A DNA stretch of 64,000 nucleotides from Clostridiales bacterium (GTDB taxonomy: Bacteria; Bacillota; Clostridia; Christensenellales; Aristaeellaceae): assembly GCA_015056325.1 (NCBI GenBank), contig SVGL01000003.1:82927-146926 (forward strand), written 5' to 3'. The notes beneath the pieces were generated by a model, which did no database searches, was not told the origin of the DNA, and saw only the letters and a list, made by a program, of their open reading frames with translations. The position numbers were made by a program, and so were the translations under genes. The first letter of the stretch is position 1, and each line of letters opens with the position of its first letter. This document shows positions 45,111-53,438 of the stretch, piece by piece.

Positions 45111-45524
45111 TTATTCTGCCGGGGGCAGCAGGCTCCACAGCAGATGGAAGGGCAGCAGCACCGCCGGGTAGAATTGCAGCTGCCCGAAGGAAACCTCGAT
45201 CACTTCGTCCGCGGTGTGCAGCGTCTGCACGCCCGTGGCGGCGGCCAGCAGGGTCAGCAGCAGGAAGAGGGGCCAGCTCCAGAACTTATTCCGCAGGCGG
45301 AGGAAGGACAAAAGCGCAGCCCCTGCGCAGCCTGCCGCACCGATGAACAGCACCAGGCTTTCCAGCAGGAACGGTTCACCAATGAGGGGCCGCATCGCGA
45401 CGGACAGCAGTGTGATGCAAACCGCCGGCACATACAGCAGCCCTGCGCCGGTGAGGATGTACAGCACACATTCCGTGACGGCAGAAGCTGCGGCATGGAT
45501 CCGGCTGGCGATTGTGCGTTTCAT
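45111..45524 (-). CDS. Small 4-TM membrane protein, unknown function
   Basis: AAGGAGGG RBS, 137 aa, hydrophobic. Confidence 0.6.
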   Translation of the reverse strand: MKRTIASRIHAAASAVTECVLYILTGAGLLYVPAVCITLLSVAMRPLIGEPFLLESLVLFIGAAGCAGAALLSFLRLRNKFWSWPLFLLLTLLAAATGVQTLHTADEVIEVSFGQLQFYPAVLLPFHLLWSLLPPAE

Positions 45525-45620
45525 ACTGTCACCCTCCTTGTGGATACAAAAACGCCCTCATGCTGCTTACAGGATAGCATGAGGGCGCTGCAAAGTCAAA
45601 TGAGAAAAGGATGAGGGAAT

Positions 45621-45667
45621 GGTCGAAGAAGGAAACGGGTCGAAGAAGGAGGTGGGTCGAAGACCCC
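45621..45667 (-). repeat. Family-1 hairpin (GGGGTC-TTC-GACCC) abutting the GNAT stop, plus two 17-nt-period partial copies
   Basis: GGTCGAAGA occurs at 45621, 45638 and 45655. The last copy forms the hairpin at 45654-45667, directly next to the stop at 45668-45670. Confidence 0.7.
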
Positions 45668-46468
45668 TTACAGATCCAGACTGGGGAACATCAGCGTCTG
45701 ATCCAGCAGCTCGGCGCCAAAGTTGCGCACCAGGCGCACCTGGGGCTGGCTGGCGCTCATGATGCGGGCCTTCACCTCGCTGACGCCCTCCTGACCCACG
45801 ATGCCCAGCGCCCGCTTGAGCAGGTGCTTGCCCAGGCCCCGGCGCTGGAACTCCGGCACGATGTACATGCCCACCAGCTCCGCCGCATCGCTGCGGCCGG
45901 CGATGATGCATTCGCCCACCAGGTTCTGCCCATACAGCAGACCCCAGACGTGGAACACGGGGCTCACTTGCAGGGCCTGCAGGTGCTGAACCGTGATGTG
46001 GCCCAGGCCGTTGAGGCGCAGGCGTTCCACCAGGCCGACCATCTCCTGCTGGGTGTTCAGGGGCAGGGGGATGATGGAGCAGTTGAACATGTCCGCGCCG
46101 GCGTCGCCCGGGACGTGGAGCTTCACCAGATCCTCAGTGTTGCCCATGGTCAGGCCGTTGTGCTCCAGGAAGGAGAGCTTGCGGGCGTCGGTCGGGGCGA
46201 CGGAGGTGTACATGCGGGCGGGTACGCCGGGGTTCTGCTCGCGCAGCTGACGGGCACGGGCCACCAGCGCGCCGAAGAGCAGGTACTCCGCCTCGGGGGC
46301 GCAGTCCATGGTGAAGAAGATGTTGACCGGGCGGTCAGGGTACACACTGGGCTGGAACTGGTACATCACATAACCATAGCCCAGCTGGACGCCATAATCA
46401 TTCACGGCGACGAACACGTCCTCCGTGGGGAGATTCATAAAGGGTTCCTGCGGATGGGTGACCTGCAT
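45668..46468 (-). CDS. GNAT-family N-acetyltransferase (two-domain)
   Basis: Acetyl-CoA binding motif YIVPEFQRRGLGKHLL in the C-terminal half. Confidence 0.8.
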   Translation of the reverse strand: MQVTHPQEPFMNLPTEDVFVAVNDYGVQLGYGYVMYQFQPSVYPDRPVNIFFTMDCAPEAEYLLFGALVARARQLREQNPGVPARMYTSVAPTDARKLSFLEHNGLTMGNTEDLVKLHVPGDAGADMFNCSIIPLPLNTQQEMVGLVERLRLNGLGHITVQHLQALQVSPVFHVWGLLYGQNLVGECIIAGRSDAAELVGMYIVPEFQRRGLGKHLLKRALGIVGQEGVSEVKARIMSASQPQVRLVRNFGAELLDQTLMFPSLDL

Positions 46469-46559
46469 AGCATTGTTCCTTTCTATCCTGCAAGCCCGGC
46501 AGACCGGGCGGTTGGGGCATATCTAACCATTTTCCATTATACCCGATTTTTCCAACTTG

Positions 46560-47387
46560 TCAACATAGCAGCCACATCATCCCCAGGGCCAGGAGGAAGG
46601 AAATTCCCCCGTGCACGGCCTGCCACAGCACCTGCTTCCCCAGGGGGAGGAAGCCTGCCGGGTATACGGCCCGGTTCTGCATCAGGATGGCCATGCCCCC
46701 AAACCCCGTCGCCCCGGCGATGAGCGCCGTCTTCATCGCGAGCGGCAGCGGCAGATGGGCGATTTCCACCGCGCCGGTGGTGACCTCCAGGAGCGTGGTG
46801 ACGGGCAGGATCAGCGCATGGGGCAGCGCCTCCGCCGCCAGAGCCGCGAACACCCGCAGCATCACCATGGTCCCGCAGACGAGGAGCATCGTCCGGGCGG
46901 AGGCTTCCACCGCCGAGCCGAAGGAGAGGGGGGCAAATTCCGCATGCAGGGCAGGTGCAGCAGCATCTTCCCGGCAGAACCAGCCTGAAATCAGCCCGGC
47001 TGCCCATCCCCCGGCGATGACGCTGCCCAGCACCACCACCCCTGCAAGCTGCGAACTCAGCCATCCGCCCACTGTGCCAAGCAGGAACATGGGGCTCATC
47101 GTGGCGCAGGAGACGGCCAGGCGGACTTGCTCCCGCCGGCTGAGAGACGCACACAGGGGCAGCAGCCGTGCGCCCGTGGGGGAACCGCCGCCCCAGCCCA
47201 GGAGCATCAGCAGCAGGGGATTCATCCGCCGTGCCCGGCTGACCGCCATCAGCGACAGCACCATATAGGGGAAGAGCCCCGGCATTACCGCCGTCACGAA
47301 CAGGCGGCAGGCGGCGGAGGCGGCATTCATCGTCACGTCGGCGCGCAGGAGGAGGCAGAGCATCAGCATCAGCAGGGAGACGAGCAT
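46560..47387 (-). CDS. Nucleoside-recognition (Gate) domain membrane protein, YlbJ-like
   Basis: Multi-TM protein with N-terminal AASAACRLFVTAVMPGLFPYMVL, resembling YlbJ/SpoVAD-neighbour gate-domain proteins. GAGGTG RBS. Confidence 0.5.
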   Translation of the reverse strand: MLVSLLMLMLCLLLRADVTMNAASAACRLFVTAVMPGLFPYMVLSLMAVSRARRMNPLLLMLLGWGGGSPTGARLLPLCASLSRREQVRLAVSCATMSPMFLLGTVGGWLSSQLAGVVVLGSVIAGGWAAGLISGWFCREDAAAPALHAEFAPLSFGSAVEASARTMLLVCGTMVMLRVFAALAAEALPHALILPVTTLLEVTTGAVEIAHLPLPLAMKTALIAGATGFGGMAILMQNRAVYPAGFLPLGKQVLWQAVHGGISFLLALGMMWLLC

Positions 47388-47473
47388 GGGGGCACACCTC
47401 GCAGAGCAGGATGTATCACCCTATGCGGCGGCGCATGAAAAGAGGACAGCCATGCGGGCTGTCCCCTGAAATA

Positions 47474-48193
47474 TCAGAACTTGTTTTTTTGACGCTCTTC
47501 CCGCTTGACCAGCAGACGGATGATGGGCTTCTTGAAGAGGATCATCAGCGGGAGTATGAGAAGGACAGAGGCGAACGCCAGGAAGGACCAGCCTGCATAG
47601 ACGACTTCCTCCTGCACGATGGCCAGGACAAACAGCACAATGGCGGCTGTCACCGAGAGGATGCTCATCGTCGTTACAGCAGGATTGGTGAAGTTGCCCC
47701 ACAGCCATTCCTCATGCTTATCCTTTTGATACTTCGCCTGCTCCTCGGGGGTCATCTGGCTGAGCTTTTCCTGCTCGATCCGTTCATCTGTCTCCCGGAG
47801 ATCCTGCCAGGGGTTGCGGGCGGTGCCGGTCAGGGCTTCGTCGCGGCGCAGCACGTTCTCCAGATCCGCCGGCAGAGGGATCACTGCCTTGGGATAGGCG
47901 GCCAGCACCTTCCACATGTTGTTCTCCTGGGGTTCCAGCACCAGGTAGAACAGCTCGCCCACCTTGGTCAGCGAGGAATGATAGGTGGTGTAGTTGGTCT
48001 CCAGCTGGTAATAGCAATGCATCGCCTGATACACAGTCTGATCTTCAGAGATCCTCCGGTAGGCATTGAAGGTCAGCTCGTAGGTGATGGGGTCATCGTC
48101 GTTGTACATGGAATACTTGCTGTTCAGCGGATTCAACACCAGGCGGTACTTACCGGAAAGCAAATCATCGCGGTAATCTTCCAGCATCTTCAT
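47474..48193 (-). CDS. Hypothetical protein with a soluble N-domain and two C-terminal TM helices
   Basis: GAAGGAG RBS, 239 aa, no family recognised. Confidence 0.6.
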   Translation of the reverse strand: MKMLEDYRDDLLSGKYRLVLNPLNSKYSMYNDDDPITYELTFNAYRRISEDQTVYQAMHCYYQLETNYTTYHSSLTKVGELFYLVLEPQENNMWKVLAAYPKAVIPLPADLENVLRRDEALTGTARNPWQDLRETDERIEQEKLSQMTPEEQAKYQKDKHEEWLWGNFTNPAVTTMSILSVTAAIVLFVLAIVQEEVVYAGWSFLAFASVLLILPLMILFKKPIIRLLVKREERQKNKF

Positions 48194-48330
48194 GGGCGTT
48201 TTCTCCTTCGTATGGTTGCTGCCCTGATTATATCAGCTGAATAGGGACGGTGTCAACCGAAATTCCCCCTTTAACCAGACCGCAAAACGTGGTATACTAC
48301 CATCAGACTATTCACCCAGGAGGTCCCCCT

Positions 48331-50922
48331 ATGCAGAAGGACACCTTCCTCATCGTTGACGGCAACAGCCTGATGCACCGCGCCTACCACGCGCTTCCGC
48401 TGATGGACGCCGATGGAATCTACACCAACGCCATTTACGGCTTTCTAAACATGCTCCTCAAGGTCATCAAGGAGGAGAATGTGCGCTATATCGCCGTGTG
48501 CTTTGACGAGCACGGCCCCACCTTCCGCCACACCGCATACCCGGATTACAAGGCCGGACGCTCCGCCACCCCCGATGAACTCCGCCAGCAGTTCCGCACC
48601 ATCCGCGAGCTGCTGACCGACATCGGCGTGAAGTGGTACACTCTTATGGGCTGGGAGGCGGATGACCTCCTGGGCACCCTGTCCCTCAAGGCGGAGGAGG
48701 ATGCGAGGCCCCTGCTGCTCACCGGTGACCGGGACGCGCTTCAACTTGTGGACGGCAAGACTGAGCTGATGTTCACCCGCAAGGGCATCTCGGAGACCAT
48801 CCTGTTTACCCCGGCCAGGGTGCACGAGGAGTACGGCTTCAGCCCTGAGCAGGTCACCGACTGGAAGGGCCTGGCCGGCGACAGCAGCGACAACATCTCC
48901 GGCATCCCCGGCGTGGGCGACAAGACCGCCGTGAAGCTGCTGCAGAAGTACGGCACCCTCGAAAACATCCTCGCATCCACCGCCCAGGAGAAGGGCAAGC
49001 TCCGCGAGAAGCTGGAGACCTGGCCCGATCAGGCCCGCATGTGCAAGGAGCTGGCCACCATCCGCCGGGATGCGCCGGTGGACTTCAAACTCGCAGACTG
49101 CAGGCTGCCCGACCTGAAGCAGGCCATCCCCGCGCTGAAGAAGCTGCGGCTCAACGCGCTGATCAAGCGCATCTCCGGGGAGGGGAGCGCGACGCAGGCC
49201 ACGGCTTCCGCGCCCGAAACCGCCGAGGTCGCTCCGCTGACCCTGCTGCCCTTCGCGGACTTTGTCCAGGTGGATACGGCAGACGGCCTCACAAACTGGC
49301 TTTCTGCCCTTGCAGACAATGCATACCCCATCGCCCTCCACATGGGCGACATCAGCATGTCCATCGCCGCGCAGGACGGCTCCTGCTGCATGGTCAACCT
49401 CGGCGGCGATCTGCTCATGCCCGGCCTTGATCCGGTGGAGGTGCTGACCGCGCTGGCTCCCGTGATTGGCCAGCATCCGTGCATCGTCCACGACGGCAAG
49501 CGGCTGTGGCACCAGCTTGACAGACTTCGTCTGCCTCTACCAGATGCATTTGATTGGGACACCATGCTGGGCGCGTACCTCATCAACCCCCAGGAGAAGA
49601 GCTACACCTGGGCAGCCCTGCGCGGCGAGATGCCCGACGACGCAAGGGGCGCGATGTCCCTGGCTGCGTGGCAGAAGCGCAAGATCGAGGCCGACCAGAT
49701 GTCCCACCTCATGCAGGAGGTCGAGATGCCCCTGAGCCGCGTGCTGTTCAACATGGAGCAGGTCGGCTTCACCGTGGACACCGCCTTCCTCAAGACCCTG
49801 GGCGAGCGCTACACGGCCCAGATTGAAGAGGCCAGGTCCGCCGTCTTCAAGGCGTGTGGGGTGAAACCCTTCAACCTCAACAGCACCCAGCAGCTGGGCG
49901 AGGTGCTCTTTGACCAGCTGGGGCTCCCCCACGGCAAGAAGACCTCCCGCGGCTATTCCACCTCTGCGGAAGTGCTGGAAAACCTGCGCGACATCGCCCC
50001 GGAGATCATCGATCCCCTCCTGCGCTACCGCCAGCTGACCAAGCTGAACAGCACCTACATCGAGGGCCTGCTGCGCCTGACCGAACCCAACGGCCGGGTG
50101 CACTCTACCTTTGACCAGGTCGCCACGGCGACGGGCCGCATCTCCTCCTCCGAGCCCAACCTGCAGAATATCCCCGTCCGCACTTCCGAGGGCCGCGAGA
50201 TCCGCCAGGCCTTCCTGCCCCGCGAGGGCTGGGTGCTCCTGGACGCGGACTACTCCCAGATTGAGCTGCGGCTGATGGCCCATTTCTCCGGCGACGAAAA
50301 CATGCTGGATGCCTTCCGCACCGGCCAGGACGTGCACGCCCGCACCGCCAGCGAGATCTTTGACGTGCCGCTGGACCAGGTGGATTCGACCCTGCGCAGC
50401 AACGCCAAGGCGGTCAACTTCGGCATCATCTACGGCATCAGCGGCTTTGGCCTGAGCCGCAACACCGGTGTCAGCCAGCAGGAAGCGCGGTCCTTCATCA
50501 GCCGGTACTTCGCCAAGTACCCGGGCGTGAAGCGCTTCATGGACACCGCCGTGGCCGACGGCCAGCAGAACGGCTACGCCCTGACCCTCATGGGCAGACG
50601 GCGCTATCTCCCTGAGCTCACCGCGTCCAACGCCATGGTGCGCGAATTCGGCAAGCGCGCCGCGATGAACACCCCCGTCCAGGGCACTGCGGCGGACATC
50701 ATCAAGCTGGCCATGGTCCGCGTGGACGAAGCCCTTCGCCGGGAGAAGCTGCAAAGCCGCCTGATCCTCCAGGTGCACGACGAGCTGCTGCTGGAGTGCC
50801 CGCCGGAGGAGGTCGAAACCGCATCCCGCATCCTGCAGGAGGCCATGGAGGGCGTCATCAGCCTATCCGTGCCGCTGTCGGCCGAAGTCCATCAGGGCGT
50901 CAACTGGGCGGAAGCACACTGA
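48331..50922 (+). CDS. polA: DNA polymerase I
   Basis: Track ORF trimmed to MQKDTFLIVDGNSLMHRAYHA (AGGAGG RBS). It has a 5'-nuclease domain and polymerase motifs A (LLDADYSQIELR), B (RSNAKAVNFGIIYG) and C (QVHDELLLE). Confidence 0.95.
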   Translation: MQKDTFLIVDGNSLMHRAYHALPLMDADGIYTNAIYGFLNMLLKVIKEENVRYIAVCFDEHGPTFRHTAYPDYKAGRSATPDELRQQFRTIRELLTDIGVKWYTLMGWEADDLLGTLSLKAEEDARPLLLTGDRDALQLVDGKTELMFTRKGISETILFTPARVHEEYGFSPEQVTDWKGLAGDSSDNISGIPGVGDKTAVKLLQKYGTLENILASTAQEKGKLREKLETWPDQARMCKELATIRRDAPVDFKLADCRLPDLKQAIPALKKLRLNALIKRISGEGSATQATASAPETAEVAPLTLLPFADFVQVDTADGLTNWLSALADNAYPIALHMGDISMSIAAQDGSCCMVNLGGDLLMPGLDPVEVLTALAPVIGQHPCIVHDGKRLWHQLDRLRLPLPDAFDWDTMLGAYLINPQEKSYTWAALRGEMPDDARGAMSLAAWQKRKIEADQMSHLMQEVEMPLSRVLFNMEQVGFTVDTAFLKTLGERYTAQIEEARSAVFKACGVKPFNLNSTQQLGEVLFDQLGLPHGKKTSRGYSTSAEVLENLRDIAPEIIDPLLRYRQLTKLNSTYIEGLLRLTEPNGRVHSTFDQVATATGRISSSEPNLQNIPVRTSEGREIRQAFLPREGWVLLDADYSQIELRLMAHFSGDENMLDAFRTGQDVHARTASEIFDVPLDQVDSTLRSNAKAVNFGIIYGISGFGLSRNTGVSQQEARSFISRYFAKYPGVKRFMDTAVADGQQNGYALTLMGRRRYLPELTASNAMVREFGKRAAMNTPVQGTAADIIKLAMVRVDEALRREKLQSRLILQVHDELLLECPPEEVETASRILQEAMEGVISLSVPLSAEVHQGVNWAEAH

Positions 50923-51036
50923 GGGGTCTTCGACCCCGTTTTCACGCGATTGGGTTGAGCGCCTTCGGTTCGGCTGTTCCCGCGTGTTTATCGGGCCTTG
51001 ACTGAAAGCTGTCGTCCGCGCGCTCATCGCGCGGGC
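50923..51036 (+). repeat. Family-1 structured repeat, copy A
   Basis: GGGGTC-TTC-GACCCC begins at the nucleotide after the polA TGA. It is followed by GTTTTC, the CGCGATTGGGTTGAGCGCCTTCGG core and the distal hairpin CCGCGCG-ctcat-CGCGCGG (51016-51034). Confidence 0.8.
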
Positions 51037-51143
51037 CATCAGGCGGACTTTCCGTACAAAATGCACCTTGGCAAGCAGGACTTTTCCAACTCCCTGTTGA
51101 ACAATACAAGGAAACCCCAAACACAAGCAAAGGAGCATTACAT

Positions 51144-51404
51144 ATGTCTGAAATTCTTGAGTTCAAGTTTGACACCCAGCTGCTGATCGAGGGCCACGAC
51201 CTGGATGAGGACGAAATCTTCGACTACATCACCGAGCACTTCGAGGGCGACTGCCTCCTTGCCGTGGGCGACGATGAGCTGATCAAGATCCACTTCCACA
51301 CCAACAAGCCCTGGGAGGTGCTTGAGTACTGCGCGACCCTGGGCGAGATCCACGACATCGTGGTGGAGAACATGCAGCTGCAGAGTGAAGGCATGCACGG
51401 TTGA
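51144..51404 (+). CDS. Small acidic protein resembling the central domain of FakA/YloV (DAK2-fusion) proteins
   Basis: 86 aa, AAAGGAG RBS. The motif GDCLLAVGDDELIKIHFHTNKPWEVLEY ... IVVENMQLQ resembles the GDSL.VV.D...KVHVHTN.P..VL ... I.NM..Q segment of YloV-type proteins (from memory). Confidence 0.55.
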   Translation: MSEILEFKFDTQLLIEGHDLDEDEIFDYITEHFEGDCLLAVGDDELIKIHFHTNKPWEVLEYCATLGEIHDIVVENMQLQSEGMHG

Positions 51405-51428
51405 TGCAAACTGAATCACACCAATTGA

Positions 51429-51464
51429 AAGAGCTGCGACATCAGTGTGTCGCAGCTCTTTTTG
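51429..51464 (+). terminator. Rho-independent terminator of the 86-aa gene
   Basis: AAGAGCTGCGAC-atcagtgt-GTCGCAGCTCTT followed by TTT. Confidence 0.75.
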
Positions 51465-51486
51465 TGTGGTACAGACCTTCTGTGCA

Positions 51487-51602
51487 GCCCGCGCGATAGC
51501 GAGCGCGGACGCTCAGCTATGGTCAAAGCCGCAAGCTCCACGCGGAAGCAGCCAGACCGAAGGCGCTCAGCTCAATCGCGCGAAAATGGGGTCGAAGACC
51601 CC
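51487..51602 (-). repeat. Family-1 structured repeat, copy B (inverted relative to A)
   Basis: The reverse complement aligns with copy A over its full length. Hairpin 51588-51602 touches the TAA (51603-51605) of the ABC exporter gene. Confidence 0.8.
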
Positions 51603-53438
51603 TTAGGCAAGTTGGAGTTGATACAGCTTCTTGTAAATGCCGTCCTGCTCCAGCAGCTCCTGGTGGGTGCCGGACTCGCGGATCTTGCCGTGGTGCATGA
51701 CGATGATGCGGTCGCAGTGCTGGATCGTGGACAGGCGGTGCGCCACCATGATCGACGTGCGGCCCTCCATCAGGGTCTTGACCGCGTCCTGAATCCACTG
51801 CTCGGTCTCGGTGTCGATGTTGGCGGTGGCTTCGTCCAGGATGAGGATGGTCGGGTCGTAGGCCAGAGTCCTTGCAAAGGAGATCAGCTGCCGCTGGCCC
51901 GCGGAGAAGGTCGAGCCGCGCTCCGTCACCCGCTCGTCATACTGGTTGGGCAACCGCTCGATGAAGTGGCTGGCGTTGGTGTTCACTGCGGCCTGGCGGA
52001 TGGTCTCGTCGGAGATGGAATCATCCCGCAGGCGGATGTTCTGCTTGATGTCGCCGGTGAAGAGGAACACGTCCTGCTGCACCTGGCCGATGGCGGCGCG
52101 GATCTGCTCGCGGCTCATGTCCCGGATGTCGATGCCGTCGATGCGGATGGCGCCCTTCTGGATGTCATAATAGCGGCCGATCAGGTTCAGGATGGAGGAC
52201 TTGCCAGCGCCCGTCGCACCCACGAAGGCCACCTTCTGACCGGGCTCGATGACGAAGCTCACGTCCCGCAATACCCAATTTTCATTGCCGGCGTTGGCTT
52301 CCGTGGGGGTCTCGCCGTCCTTGGTTTCGTAGGCAAACCAGACGTGATCAAACTCAATCCTGCCGCGGATGCCCTCGGGGCGGACGGGGTCAGCCTTCTC
52401 CTTCACGATGGGCTCCACGTCCATGAGGGTGAAGATCTTCTCCGCCGAGGCAATGGCGCTCTGCAGGGTCGTGAACATCTCCGCCAGCTCCTGGATGGGC
52501 TGGAACAGCTGGCTGATGTACTGGGTGAACATGTACAGCGTGCCGATGGAGATGACCCCGGTCAGCACCTGGCTGCTGCCGCCGCCCAGGATGATGGCGG
52601 TCGCCATGATGCTGCTCAGGTAAATCAGCGGGCGGAAGATGCCGAAGATCATCAGCTCGCGGAAGCCCGCGTCGTACAGCTGCTTGTTCTTGACCTCAAA
52701 CTCGTCGCACTTTTCCTTCTCCCGGTGGAAGATCTGGATCACGCGCATGCCGCTCAGGTGCTCACTCAGGAAGGTGTTCAGGGCTGTGATGCGGCTCTTC
52801 ACCACCTGGTAGCACTTGCGGCTCAGGCGCCGGAAGATGAACGTCAGCCCGGCCACCACAGGTACCATCACCAGGGACAGGAGCGCCATCTTCACGTCCA
52901 GGGCGAACATGACCACCATCAGGCCGATCACCTTGATCACATTGCGGAACAGACGCACGATGATGTTGGAGTACAGATCGTTGATGGCCTCGGTGTCGTT
53001 GGTGATGCGGGTGACGATGCGGCCCACGGGGGTCGTGTCAAAGAAGCGCATCGACAGGCTCTGTACGTGGGCCATCAGCTCCATGCGCAGGGTGTAGACG
53101 ATCTTCTGGCCCATCTCCTGGATCATCAGGTACTGGGCGCGGTTGCACATGAAGGACATCACCATGACCACGATGTACACGCCTGCGGTCTTCACCAGAC
53201 CCATCCAGCGCTCGTCGGGGGTGAGCGTGGAGTCTCCGGCGGTGATGAACAGGTCGATGGCGTTGCCGGTGAGCATGGGGCGGTACAGCTCCAGGGCGGT
53301 GAGGATCAGCACCAGCACGAAGCAGATGATGACCGTCCTGATGTAGGGCTTCAGATAGCCCATCAGCCGCAGGAAGGCATTGCCGTTGTACTGCAGGTCG
53401 TTTTCCTTGTCCTTCAGGCCCTTGACGAACTCAGACAT
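51603..53438 (-). CDS. ABC exporter, fused TMD-NBD half transporter (heterodimer partner 2)
   Basis: Track ORF trimmed to MSEFVKGL, whose ATG overlaps the upstream stop (AATGTCTGA). Six TM helices, Walker A GATGAGKSS, signature FSAGQRQLISFAR and Walker B ILILDEAT. Confidence 0.88.
   Translation of the reverse strand: MSEFVKGLKDKENDLQYNGNAFLRLMGYLKPYIRTVIICFVLVLILTALELYRPMLTGNAIDLFITAGDSTLTPDERWMGLVKTAGVYIVVMVMSFMCNRAQYLMIQEMGQKIVYTLRMELMAHVQSLSMRFFDTTPVGRIVTRITNDTEAINDLYSNIIVRLFRNVIKVIGLMVVMFALDVKMALLSLVMVPVVAGLTFIFRRLSRKCYQVVKSRITALNTFLSEHLSGMRVIQIFHREKEKCDEFEVKNKQLYDAGFRELMIFGIFRPLIYLSSIMATAIILGGGSSQVLTGVISIGTLYMFTQYISQLFQPIQELAEMFTTLQSAIASAEKIFTLMDVEPIVKEKADPVRPEGIRGRIEFDHVWFAYETKDGETPTEANAGNENWVLRDVSFVIEPGQKVAFVGATGAGKSSILNLIGRYYDIQKGAIRIDGIDIRDMSREQIRAAIGQVQQDVFLFTGDIKQNIRLRDDSISDETIRQAAVNTNASHFIERLPNQYDERVTERGSTFSAGQRQLISFARTLAYDPTILILDEATANIDTETEQWIQDAVKTLMEGRTSIMVAHRLSTIQHCDRIIVMHHGKIRESGTHQELLEQDGIYKKLYQLQLA

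Noticed and set aside
50923-50937. The GGGGTC-TTC-GACCCC hairpin as a tRNA T-arm mimic or tRNA fragment
   Set aside because: The loop is 3 nt, not the 7-nt TTCGAAT T-loop, and there is no adjoining acceptor-like stem. The resemblance is limited to GC-rich stem composition.
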